Below, in pieces: positions 1 through 7,154 of a DNA stretch of 64,000 nt. The notes beneath the pieces were generated by a model. It had not been told where the DNA came from. It did no database searches and worked only from the letters and a program-made list of their open reading frames with translations. Source of the stretch: a virus. How positions within the stretch are numbered: the stretch's first letter is position 1; every line of letters starts with the position of its first letter. Location of the stretch: IMG/VR virus record IMGVR_UViG_3300045988_175722, positions 1-64,000 of that record. One strand, 5' to 3'. Both the position numbers and the translations under genes were made by a program.

Positions 1-10
1 TACTATAAGA

Positions 11-42
11 AGTAGGATTCCTTAAAAAAGGAAATCCTACTT
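11..42. terminator. imperfect hairpin at left window edge
   Basis: AGTAGGATTCC (11-21) pairs with GGAAATCCTACT (31-42) with one bulge and is followed by TTT. The gene it would serve lies outside the window. Confidence 0.3.
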
Positions 43-148
43 TATAGAGCAACATGCCTAAAATAATCTTTCAACCACTTATGATTTGAAATCCGCCGTT
101 AAAAAATGTCATAACCTATCAAACCAGGGGATTTGCAATCCCCTCCCC

Positions 149-200
149 AAAAAAAAGAAGCCCTCTGCCCCTCAATCCGAGGAGCAGAAGGCTTCTTTTT
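149..200 (-). terminator. bidirectional intrinsic terminator after lipoprotein gene
   Basis: A8 run, GAAGCCCTCTGC (157-168) / GCAGAAGGCTTC (184-195) with 11 of 12 bp paired, then T5. It lies 20 nt past the stop of 220..1068(-). Confidence 0.7.
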
Positions 201-219
201 ATCCTCAAGCACACGCACA

Positions 220-1068
220 TCAATATCGGGCCGCATCTTCCCTGTTCTTAAACCATATAGACGAAAGATAGCCGTTCTCGCAGCTATACAGCTTAATCTC
301 TATACCGTAAAGGTTTGTGTAATAGAATGTAGCCACATGATTCTTTACCAGATAACCATTGATAGTAACCTTTCCGTTCTTCGTGGTGTAGGTAGTGGTA
401 TAATCTTGGTGGTCCTCAATCACCATGTGCATCGTGCCATCCTCATTAAACGTCATGGAGCCCATACAATCCTTCTTCTTTCCATCCTTGGTAATGGTAA
501 TGATACAATACCAGGTACCCCTTAGTGCTGCATCATGCTCCGTCTCGTCAGAAATATCATTCAGCGAACTGCCGCATCTCATCTGGCATTCATTTCCGTT
601 TGCAAAAGTACCCACAATCAACGGACGCATATCGACGCTGACGGTTACTCTACTGCCCGTAATCGTGCTATTCTCCTTCAGATGCACCCCTGAAATCGTT
701 TCGTTGAGCAGATTGCTGATATTAAAGCCTTCCGGACGGCCCACCTCGAATTTAGTAGTGAGTTTGTCGCCCGCCATCTGCCAGTAGCCGAAAGCAACAT
801 TAGGCTCACCAAAAAGACCACCCGGAGTCCACTGCCCGCTACCCTCATAATATACCATGTGGTTCTTGTAATAAGAGTAAGTGCCGCTGGTACTATTGAT
901 GGTCCACTCGTTGCCGGCAAGATATTCCTTCACCTTTGCCGCATTCTTCTCACTCTCATCATCATTGCTGCTGCAAGCCGCCAGCGAAGCCGTAATCATT
1001 CCCGCAGCCACCACTGTGCAGATAGCTATCATGGAATGTTTCATCATAGTTAAAAAGTTCTTTTTCAT
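220..1068 (-). CDS. secreted lipoprotein, lipocalin-like (function unknown)
   Basis: 282-aa ORF. N-terminal signal peptide ends in the lipobox ASLAAC-S. GTW/GxW-rich beta-type repeats resemble Bacteroidota lipocalin-like lipoproteins. The overlapping + strand ORFs are treated as shadows. Confidence 0.75.
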   Translation of the reverse strand: MKKNFLTMMKHSMIAICTVVAAGMITASLAACSSNDDESEKNAAKVKEYLAGNEWTINSTSGTYSYYKNHMVYYEGSGQWTPGGLFGEPNVAFGYWQMAGDKLTTKFEVGRPEGFNISNLLNETISGVHLKENSTITGSRVTVSVDMRPLIVGTFANGNECQMRCGSSLNDISDETEHDAALRGTWYCIITITKDGKKKDCMGSMTFNEDGTMHMVIEDHQDYTTTYTTKNGKVTINGYLVKNHVATFYYTNLYGIEIKLYSCENGYLSSIWFKNREDAARY

Positions 1069-1118
1069 TTCTTTGTTCTTGTTTTAAGAGTTATACTTTG
1101 TTTAATCACTAATCACTA

Positions 1119-1580
1119 TCAATCATCTAACAGTACCACTCCCACCCTTACTTTCTTTCCGCAGTGAGGGCAGAAAGTGGAAGTCTGAATCATCTGCTGC
1201 TGTTGGTCCTCTGATACCAATCCGTTTTCGTGAACTGGGCAGGCTGGGGCATTCTCTGCTCCCTGCTGCACGAACTTCACGTCTCTACAAATGGTACCTT
1301 CCGGCAAATCGCCCCGTAGCGTTGCGTTCAGAGCTTCACCCTCACTTCCCGTTTCTGCAGGAATCTCTTTTTTCTCTGCTTCTTCCGCTGGGTCGGGATA
1401 GAAGAGGTCGGTGATGTCACAGCCGATACCTTCGGCAATCTGCATAAGCTTGGCAACGGTAGGATTGTTGTTCTTGATGATCATGCAGATGGCTTGCGGC
1501 GACATACCGATTTTCTGATTGAGGTCAGCCTGCGTCATGTTGTGCTCGCTTAGGGCACGCTTAATATCTAGTTTTTTCAT
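1119..1580 (-). CDS. XRE-family HTH regulator with C-terminal zinc-ribbon-like tail
   Basis: HTH segment MTQADLNQKIGMSPQAICMIIKNNNPTVAKLMQIAEGIGCDITDLF. Tail is PVHENGLVSEDQQQ...FCPHCGKKVRVGVV. Start moved to MKKLDIK (1580) because the -7 box at 1614-1621 lies inside the longer track ORF. Paralogue of 2979..3413. Confidence 0.75.
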   Translation of the reverse strand: MKKLDIKRALSEHNMTQADLNQKIGMSPQAICMIIKNNNPTVAKLMQIAEGIGCDITDLFYPDPAEEAEKKEIPAETGSEGEALNATLRGDLPEGTICRDVKFVQQGAENAPACPVHENGLVSEDQQQQMIQTSTFCPHCGKKVRVGVVLLDD

Positions 1581-1613
1581 CTTTACTTGGAGTTTATTGT
1601 TAATATTTCGCTG

Positions 1614-1645
1614 CAAAAGTACAAAGAAATATTGATATAAACAAG
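1614..1645 (-). promoter_or_regulatory. Bacteroidota-type promoter for 1119..1580
   Basis: Minus strand reads CTTG (1645-1642), 20 nt, TACTTTTG (1621-1614). This matches the -33 TTTG / -7 TAnnTTTG consensus. The box ends 33 nt before ATG 1580. Confidence 0.6.
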
Positions 1646-1692
1646 ATTTTTGTAGAAATATTCATGTAAAAATGAATTTTTCTTAGAAAATG

Positions 1693-1724
1693 TTTGGTAG
1701 TTTCGAGAAATCTCCTTATCTTTG
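1693..1724 (+). promoter_or_regulatory. Bacteroidota-type promoter (extended -33 TTTGGTAGTT)
   Basis: TTTG 1693-1696, 20-nt spacer, TATCTTTG 1717-1724. Near-identical to the promoter at 12634-12665. Confidence 0.65.
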
Positions 1725-2028
1725 CACCGTCTAAAAAATAAAATATCGGAGCGAATGTAGCATTGGAGTATCAGAGTGTATCGTAAGATATATCTTTGGT
1801 ATGGATGTGTCGCATACATACTTGCAAGATTGATAATACAATAGATGTATAAACATATTTGCAGTACGTACTCCCTTGCTTACACTCGTAATGATGTAAG
1901 CGTGGCTGTTTTTGTTCGCTCCGGATATTAAGCCATTAGACAAAGGGCGAGGCGTACTGCCTTTTTACGAGATAGTTTTATCTCGTATATAATAAAAGGT
2001 ACGTAAATGTCTAATAATATAAATTAAT

Positions 2029-2226
2029 ATGGAGCGAACAAAAGAAACAACTATTACCCTACCAATGGGTAAAGCTGACCTCCAGGAGGCAGCCACGGCA
2101 GTAATCGAGCAGCTTGTCACTGCACCACCCGATACTGGGAGTATGAGTCAAGAACAGTCCATATCCTATAATATGGGCTTAAGCATCCTTTTTGCGTGTT
2201 TGCGCTCTACCTTTGTGCAAGCATGA
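2029..2226 (+). CDS. hypothetical small protein (weak)
   Basis: 65-aa ORF downstream of the structured leader. No motif and no conserved leader. Confidence 0.3.
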   Translation: MERTKETTITLPMGKADLQEAATAVIEQLVTAPPDTGSMSQEQSISYNMGLSILFACLRSTFVQA

Positions 2227-2253
2227 AGTTTCACCTTTAAAGAGATTAAGATT

Positions 2254-2931
2254 ATGAATCAGTTAACTAAGAAAAGTAGCGAGAGTGAGATTAAAGCATA
2301 CTTCGAGGGTATTGCTAAATTGATGCAGAGTAATGAGCCGTTTCCGGTTAACCTGGAAGACGTTTGGCAACTGGTATATGCCACCAAAAGTAAGGCTGTG
2401 CAGGTGCTTCGCAGAAGCGAATTGTTTATGGAAGGCGTTGATTATCAAGTTTTGAACCAAAAGGTACAAAATTCGGGTGTTTTGTACCGAGATGGTAATG
2501 ATGCAAATATGGTGGGTCGCCCAGCATCCACTTATATGCTTTCCGTCCCTTGTTTGGAGTTCTTCATCGCTCGAAAGGTTCGTCCGGTGTTCGATGTTTA
2601 CCGCAAGGTATTCCACAAGGTAGTAGATACGGTGCAGGCTTCCACGGTTTCCTCCTTTCAGCCTATCAGTTATATTGATACGCTTGAACCGTTGTCCAAG
2701 TTTCATAATAGCATCACGCCTCGATTCAAGCGTTTACTTGAAATGACGAATGATTGCGTCTGTGTAAAGAGCCTTTGGTGTGATTATTATAAGGAGTACG
2801 ACCAGATGCGTTATCTTCTCGCCCTGTTAACGTTTTACGAGGGAGTAGCCAAGATTGATGGCGTTTCAGCCCTCAAGATAGTGCGAATAATAGATGATGG
2901 GAACGTACCAATTCCGCGACCTACTGATTGA
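2254..2931 (+). CDS. phage regulatory protein, possibly antirepressor/Rha-like (weak functional call)
   Basis: 225-aa ORF between two divergent or convergent XRE regulators. The N-terminal part (VNLEDVWQLVY...AVQVLRRSELFMEGVDYQVL) resembles phage antirepressor-type DNA-binding domains by eye only. Confidence 0.6.
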   Translation: MNQLTKKSSESEIKAYFEGIAKLMQSNEPFPVNLEDVWQLVYATKSKAVQVLRRSELFMEGVDYQVLNQKVQNSGVLYRDGNDANMVGRPASTYMLSVPCLEFFIARKVRPVFDVYRKVFHKVVDTVQASTVSSFQPISYIDTLEPLSKFHNSITPRFKRLLEMTNDCVCVKSLWCDYYKEYDQMRYLLALLTFYEGVAKIDGVSALKIVRIIDDGNVPIPRPTD

Positions 2932-2978
2932 TTTTAGCAAATAGCCCAGAGCAAAAAGCCCTGGGCTATATCATTTCG

Positions 2979-3413
2979 TTATTTTGCTTCCTGAATCATC
3001 ACCACACCCAGCTTTACTCTGGTGCCGCAATGTGGGCAGAAGGTTTCCGCCTGCATCATGCTACTTGCAGGAATCATTACTTCTCCTTGCTGCTGATTTT
3101 CCGCCACCAATCCGTTTTCGTGAACTGGATAGGCTGACTTTGCCTCTGCTGCTACCTCATTCTCGCTCTTATCAGTATTCGAGAAAAGATCATCCTTCTC
3201 CTCTGTCGGGAAGAACATATCACGAGGGTCTATATCCAGAGCCATAGCTATGCGATAGATGGTGTTTGTCGTTAACGACTTGTTGCGGAGGAACTGCGAC
3301 ATTGATTGCGATGACATGCCGCATTTCTCGGCAAATGCATTTGTGCCCAAGCCTAATTTCTGCATCAGTTTACGGAGGTTGATTTCCGATTTTGGTTTAT
3401 TATTTTCTTCCAT
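2979..3413 (-). CDS. XRE-family HTH regulator with C-terminal zinc-ribbon-like tail (paralogue of 1119..1580)
   Basis: HTH segment LGLGTNAFAEKCGMSSQSMSQFLRNKSLTTNTIYRIAMALDIDPRDMFFP. Tail is PVHENGLVAENQQQ...FCPHCGTRVKLGVV. Start set at MEENNKP (3413), below the -7 box. Confidence 0.75.
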   Translation of the reverse strand: MEENNKPKSEINLRKLMQKLGLGTNAFAEKCGMSSQSMSQFLRNKSLTTNTIYRIAMALDIDPRDMFFPTEEKDDLFSNTDKSENEVAAEAKSAYPVHENGLVAENQQQGEVMIPASSMMQAETFCPHCGTRVKLGVVMIQEAK

Positions 3414-3452
3414 AATTTCTATATTTATATATATGTTCTTTAAATTTCGGTG

Positions 3453-3484
3453 CAAAGGTAATATATTTATTTGGTTTTTGCAAA
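3453..3484 (-). promoter_or_regulatory. Bacteroidota-type promoter for 2979..3413
   Basis: Minus strand reads TTTG (3484-3481), 20 nt, TACCTTTG (3460-3453). Confidence 0.7.
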
Positions 3485-3815
3485 TATTTATAGTTAAAAG
3501 TTATATATTTATTTGTTTTTCGTATATTTTTAATTAAAATAGCGCATATTTGAGGTTCTTTTATCTAAGATTTTAGATGATATGACTTATTTCCGAATAA
3601 TTTTAAATCCCCTCTAAACTATTGGTATTTAAGGTATTACAAGAGATAGCCTTTTGTTTTTACCGCCCAAGAGGAGAAGATAAATAATTGATAATTAGAG
3701 AAATCCCAACTTCGGAGAAAACCCGAGAATCTTCTTTCAGCCGCACGACCCCAGCCGCCCTGAGATGACTGCCCCGTGCCCGCCTGCCTGGGTCCGTCTG
3801 GATATATGCCGCCGG

Positions 3816-3977
3816 CACCCACTAGATGAGGAACACCCCACCGCCTCCCAGGTGTACCCGCTGCCTGAACGAGTGCACCCACTAGATGAGGAACACCCCA
3901 CCGCCTCCCAGGGGTACCCGCTGCCTGAACGAGTGCACCCACTAGATGAGGAATACCCCACCGCCTCCCAGGTGTAC
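3816..3977. repeat. 60-bp GC-rich tandem repeat, 2.7 copies
   Basis: Unit CACCCACTAGATGAGGAACACCCCACCGCCTCCCAGGTGTACCCGCTGCCTGAACGAGTG at 3816-3875, 3876-3935 and 3936-3977 (partial), with 2-3 substitutions. A degenerate copy lies just upstream (about 3770-3815). Confidence 0.9.
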
Positions 3978-4152
3978 ACCGTTTTATTTTTCCTATATAT
4001 AATAATGTATACTATATAATAAGCAATGATTAAGGCAAACGGATAAAAACACGTAACAAATAAGTTTATTTGCAAATATATGTAAATTTAAGGCGTTTAT
4101 TTGTGTACAAAGGTTAAAAATAAAGGAAAATATAAACTTTTTGCGGAAAATA

Positions 4153-4184
4153 TTTGCGTGGAACAAATAAATTTATTACCTTTG
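4153..4184 (+). promoter_or_regulatory. Bacteroidota-type promoter heading the early + strand gene block
   Basis: TTTG 4153-4156, 20 nt, TACCTTTG 4177-4184. Confidence 0.6.
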
Positions 4185-4607
4185 CAAACGTAAAACAAAA
4201 GATAATGGTTTTACATTTGATCTTTGACTTATTTACATATTATATATAACTGAAGGCGGTTATTTAAAATCGCAAACGAATTGAACGTGTTTAATGAGTA
4301 GCAAATACTTATTAATAGATATATAAGGATTTTTGCCGTTAACCTTCAGGAAACGGCGGGTACTAAACATTAGGCTATTATAAAGAAATGTAGCGAGCTA
4401 TTTTGCAATGTATCTTATTATAGGCGCGGGCGTTATTTGGAGTACTGCAACGGCCGGAAACGGTAACAACACAAGCCAAATAGAAAATAAAATACATTAT
4501 ATTATAGACGGTGAAAACATTTAGCTTTTTGAAAAGGGGCAGTTCCTTTTATAGCCGCAAAAAGTAAACAATAAATAAAGTATTAAACAATTAAATTTTT
4601 AAAAGTT

Positions 4608-4976
4608 ATGAAAAAGAATGTAGTAATTTCAAGTGTAGCTGCTATTGCAGCAATGAGTCCAGAAGGTTTTACTGTTAACGCTGCAAAATTGCAGCCGGTC
4701 ACTTCAGGCTACGCTGTAGCATTGAAGCGCACACAAAACAGTTTTGGCGCTGAGGGCCTGGCAAAGGTAGTAAATGTTATTGAGGAACTCCAGGCTTCAG
4801 GCAAATTGGCCGGCCGCACCCTGGCGTTCGGCGGCTGGTATGATTCAGAAAGCGGACTTTATTATTATGATGCCACCGTGATTTTCCAGGATCGCGCTGA
4901 AGCTATTGAGGCGGGCCGTGCAAATGATCAGATAGCAATTTTTGATCTTGCAAATCTGGAGGAGATCCGCTTGTAA
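4608..4976 (+). CDS. hypothetical early protein
   Basis: 122-aa ORF. It is the first ORF after promoter 4153-4184 and is preceded by a degenerate Leader-A (TATTAAACAATTAAATTTTTAAAAGTT-ATG). Confidence 0.65.
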   Translation: MKKNVVISSVAAIAAMSPEGFTVNAAKLQPVTSGYAVALKRTQNSFGAEGLAKVVNVIEELQASGKLAGRTLAFGGWYDSESGLYYYDATVIFQDRAEAIEAGRANDQIAIFDLANLEEIRL

Positions 4977-5008
4977 TATATAGTTAACGGGACCGTTCCG
5001 GCGGTTCC

Positions 5009-5038
5009 TATTATAGGAACATTTTAAAATTTAGAATC
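5009..5038 (+). promoter_or_regulatory. Leader-A copy (TATTATAG-N22-ATG)
   Basis: TATTATAGGAACATTTTAAAATTTAGAATC then ATG 5039. Core start to ATG is 30 nt. A CGGAACGGTCCC/GGGACCGTTCCG-type hairpin region lies just upstream. Confidence 0.6.
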
Positions 5039-5287
5039 ATGAAGGAATTTTTAAAGGTATTATCAAATATGCAAGTAATGAGTTTTATTCTTGTTATTAT
5101 TCCCGTACCTTTTTTGTTGGGTGTTTTTGTTGCCGCTTACGATCTAGTATTTAACGAAGTAGCTAAAAAGCAGATAGCAATCGAAAATTTGTTGTTACTG
5201 TCTGTCATTGCCATCTTGATGTATGTTATTTTTGGCATGATGTTTAAGATGGATTATAACGACACAAAACGAGAATTAGGCAAATAA
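5039..5287 (+). CDS. small membrane protein
   Basis: 82-aa ORF with two hydrophobic helices (FILVIIPVPFLLGVFVAAY, LLLLSVIAILMYVIFGMMF). Leader-A upstream. Confidence 0.7.
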   Translation: MKEFLKVLSNMQVMSFILVIIPVPFLLGVFVAAYDLVFNEVAKKQIAIENLLLLSVIAILMYVIFGMMFKMDYNDTKRELGK

Positions 5288-5334
5288 CATAGGTAGAATT
5301 ATATAAGATACGAACATTTAAAAATATAGAAATT

Positions 5335-5772
5335 ATGGCTACAAAAAGATATAATAACAAGGATTTTGAGTTCACAGTTAACGGCGAACGTATTAGTTTT
5401 TATTGCTGGACTACAGACACAAAAAACGGTTTTTGTCATCATGTTTACGCTGTAGGTGGCGGCAAAGATTACGAACACACCCGTGTATCATATTACAACC
5501 GTACTTGGGAATCGTTTGAGTACGAAAGCGCACTAAAAAGCGCGGTTGCTAAGTTCCGTAAATGTTTTCGTGAACCTTTGCGCCTAGAGCTCCAGGCTAT
5601 TTCTTTAGGTGAAGGGGAAAAGGCGGAAAAATTTGTCCAGGCGTTTAAGGCTAATTTTGCGGCACTGAGTGACAAGCAAAAGAAATTTGTGCGTGATCAT
5701 ACACCAGTTATTAATAACATGAACCAGGCTAAAATGGTTAGTACGGCGGTTGCAATGTTAGCAGCTATCTAA
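5335..5772 (+). CDS. hypothetical early protein
   Basis: 145-aa ORF. A degenerate Leader-A (GAACATTTAAAAATATAGAAATT-ATG) lies upstream. Confidence 0.7.
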   Translation: MATKRYNNKDFEFTVNGERISFYCWTTDTKNGFCHHVYAVGGGKDYEHTRVSYYNRTWESFEYESALKSAVAKFRKCFREPLRLELQAISLGEGEKAEKFVQAFKANFAALSDKQKKFVRDHTPVINNMNQAKMVSTAVAMLAAI

Positions 5773-5783
5773 TGATGATATAT

Positions 5784-5834
5784 CAGGGTGCAAAGGTAGC
5801 CAGGCCAGAACGGCGGACCATTCCCGCCGGCACC
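5784..5834 (+). repeat. R-element copy 1 (structured intergenic repeat)
   Basis: CAGGGTGCAAAGGTAGCCAGGCCAGAACGGCGGACCATTCCCGCCGGCACC. Inner stem CGGCGG/CCGCCG with a 7-nt loop; outer GGTGC/GCACC. Confidence 0.8.
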
Positions 5835-5837
5835 CCC

Positions 5838-5868
5838 TATTATAGAACAATTTAATTTTTGAAAAGTT
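5838..5868 (+). promoter_or_regulatory. Leader-A copy
   Basis: TATTATAGAACAATTTAATTTTTGAAAAGTT then ATG 5869 (31 nt). Confidence 0.6.
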
Positions 5869-6012
5869 ATGGCAAAGATCACAAAGGAAATGGAATACAA
5901 CGAGCTCGCAAAGTTCGGGGAGTGTTTACCCGCTGTGCCTAAAAAAAACGGTGCCCTGGCTCCTCCAGGGTACCCACAAAATAACCATATTATAGAATCT
6001 TTAAAATATTAG
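5869..6012 (+). CDS. small hypothetical protein (47 aa, below ORF-track cutoff)
   Basis: Hand translation gives MAKITKEMEYNELAKFGECLPAVPKKNGALAPPGYPQNNHIIESLKY with stop TAG at 6010-6012. A canonical Leader-A sits at the correct distance. Confidence 0.55.
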   Translation: MAKITKEMEYNELAKFGECLPAVPKKNGALAPPGYPQNNHIIESLKY

Positions 6013-6016
6013 GATC
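5988..6016 (+). promoter_or_regulatory. Leader-A copy (overlaps the 3' end of the previous small ORF)
   Basis: TATTATAGAATCTTTAAAATATTAGGATC then ATG 6017 (29 nt). Confidence 0.55.
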
Positions 6017-6277
6017 ATGAATAAAAGTAATATCACCTTTTCACGCCGTACCAGTACGGCGGATTTATTAAGCGTATTATTTGCCGTGTGTGCCCTTCTT
6101 TTTGTGCGCATGACTAAATGTATCTTTGCGGCTGCAAAAAGCGCATGGAGCTGGTTATTTGCACCAAAAACGTACTTTGCAAGCGACGGCGAAGGGGTGA
6201 CAGTAAACGGGCTGCAATTTATAGGCATTAATTTAATTGCCGCGGCCGTGTGTGTGTTGTTATCAGTATCTTTATAA
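6017..6277 (+). CDS. small membrane protein
   Basis: 86-aa ORF with hydrophobic segments (LLSVLFAVCALLFV, INLIAAAVCVLLSVSL). Leader-A upstream. Preferred over the antisense ORF 6001..6294. Confidence 0.65.
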   Translation: MNKSNITFSRRTSTADLLSVLFAVCALLFVRMTKCIFAAAKSAWSWLFAPKTYFASDGEGVTVNGLQFIGINLIAAAVCVLLSVSL

Positions 6278-6305
6278 AGATATTCTTTTTTCAAACTTTA
6301 AATAT

Positions 6306-6356
6306 CAGGGTGCAAAGGTAATCAGGCCAAAACGGCGGATCATTCCCGCCGGCACC
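6306..6356 (+). repeat. R-element copy 2
   Basis: CAGGGTGCAAAGGTAATCAGGCCAAAACGGCGGATCATTCCCGCCGGCACC. Confidence 0.8.
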
Positions 6357-6359
6357 TTC

Positions 6360-6389
6360 TATTATAGAACATTTTAAAAATTAGGAATT
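6360..6389 (+). promoter_or_regulatory. Leader-A copy
   Basis: TATTATAGAACATTTTAAAAATTAGGAATT then ATG 6390 (30 nt). Confidence 0.6.
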
Positions 6390-6590
6390 ATGGAAACTAT
6401 CTTTATATCTTCAAAAGATTATAGCCACGAAGACATGGCGGAAATCTATTTGGGCCGTCGAGCCGCTGAAGAAGGGTACCAAAGTATTTGGGATCTTATT
6501 TCAGACTTACCAAACAGGACACCAAAGGAAAAGCGGAGCGGGTTCGGTATCTGGTCTTTATGTTTTAAAAAACAGGGTGCAAAGGTTTGA
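6390..6590 (+). CDS. hypothetical early protein
   Basis: 66-aa ORF with Leader-A upstream. Its last 6 codons (KQGAKV) are encoded by R-element copy 3. Confidence 0.6.
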   Translation: METIFISSKDYSHEDMAEIYLGRRAAEEGYQSIWDLISDLPNRTPKEKRSGFGIWSLCFKKQGAKV

Positions 6591-6622
6591 GGCCAAAATG
6601 GCGGATCATTCCCGCCGGCACC
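6573..6622 (+). repeat. R-element copy 3 (overlaps the CDS 3' end)
   Basis: CAGGGTGCAAAGGTTTGAGGCCAAAATGGCGGATCATTCCCGCCGGCACC. Confidence 0.75.
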
Positions 6623-6689
6623 TTCTAATAAGGTGATAAAAGCCGCTATTATAGCGGCTGCAAAATATCACCAGGGAATTAATGAAATA

Positions 6690-6718
6690 TATTATAGAAC
6701 ATTTAAATTTTTAGAGTT
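6690..6718 (+). promoter_or_regulatory. Leader-A copy
   Basis: TATTATAGAACATTTAAATTTTTAGAGTT then ATG 6719 (29 nt). Confidence 0.6.
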
Positions 6719-7105
6719 ATGAAGACTTTTCATTTTAGTTACACTGTGACCCCTTCCGAATCATACGACAAGGAAGGCGACGTAAAAAGTGCGGATTTTT
6801 GGATTGATATTAGAAATCAGCATAGCGAGATCCAGGCGGAAAACCTGAAGGAGGCGTGCCAGGCATTCAGCGAGATTTTAAGTCGTAATTGGTGTATAGA
6901 TTTAACCAAAAACGGTATCAAAACCGCTACAGGTATATATCGAGACACCGACGAAGGAGCGGAACAAATAGGCCTTGTATTTAAGGCGCGCACGGAGGTT
7001 GAATTTGATTACGTTTATAAAAGACGTAATATTCAGGTATGGGCATCTATTCGCGAGGAGTTCATTCCAGATTTCGAGAAAGAAGGATTTAAGTCTTCAT
7101 TATAG
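6719..7105 (+). CDS. hypothetical early protein
   Basis: 128-aa ORF with Leader-A upstream. Confidence 0.7.
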   Translation: MKTFHFSYTVTPSESYDKEGDVKSADFWIDIRNQHSEIQAENLKEACQAFSEILSRNWCIDLTKNGIKTATGIYRDTDEGAEQIGLVFKARTEVEFDYVYKRRNIQVWASIREEFIPDFEKEGFKSSL

Positions 7106-7124
7106 AGTATGTGATTTATCACCC

Positions 7125-7154
7125 TATTATAAAACATCTAAAATATTAAGCAAT
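7125..7154 (+). promoter_or_regulatory. Leader-A copy (variant TATTATAA)
   Basis: TATTATAAAACATCTAAAATATTAAGCAAT then ATG 7155 (30 nt). Confidence 0.55.

Noticed and set aside
1117-1130. A 14-mer TATCAATCATCTAA shared between 1117-1130 and 13021-13034.
   Set aside because: Several chance 14-mer matches are expected in 64 kb of AT-biased sequence. There is no flanking similarity.
2263-2706. Long antisense ORFs inside clear genes: 2263..2706(-), 17691..18269(-), 26052..26495(-), 33036..33569(-), 51138..51791(+) and 55444..55971(+).
   Set aside because: Each is fully contained in a longer ORF on the other strand that has recognisable motifs or proper start context. There is no independent support.
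3637-4075. Three overlapping ORFs (101, 112 and 84 aa) on both strands across the 60-bp tandem repeat.
   Set aside because: Their amino-acid repeats simply mirror the DNA period in several frames and on both strands. They have no start context or leader. They are treated as repeat artefacts.
5791-5798. Full antisense promoters in the three R-elements (TACCTTTG on the minus strand).
   Set aside because: No TTTG-like -33 element lies at the 20-nt spacing seen in every convincing promoter here. It is retained only as a hypothesis within the R-element finding.
6001-6294. 97-aa minus-strand ORF overlapping 6017..6277(+).
   Set aside because: The + strand ORF has a Leader-A at the exact canonical distance and fits the unidirectional cassette organisation. 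The minus ORF has neither.
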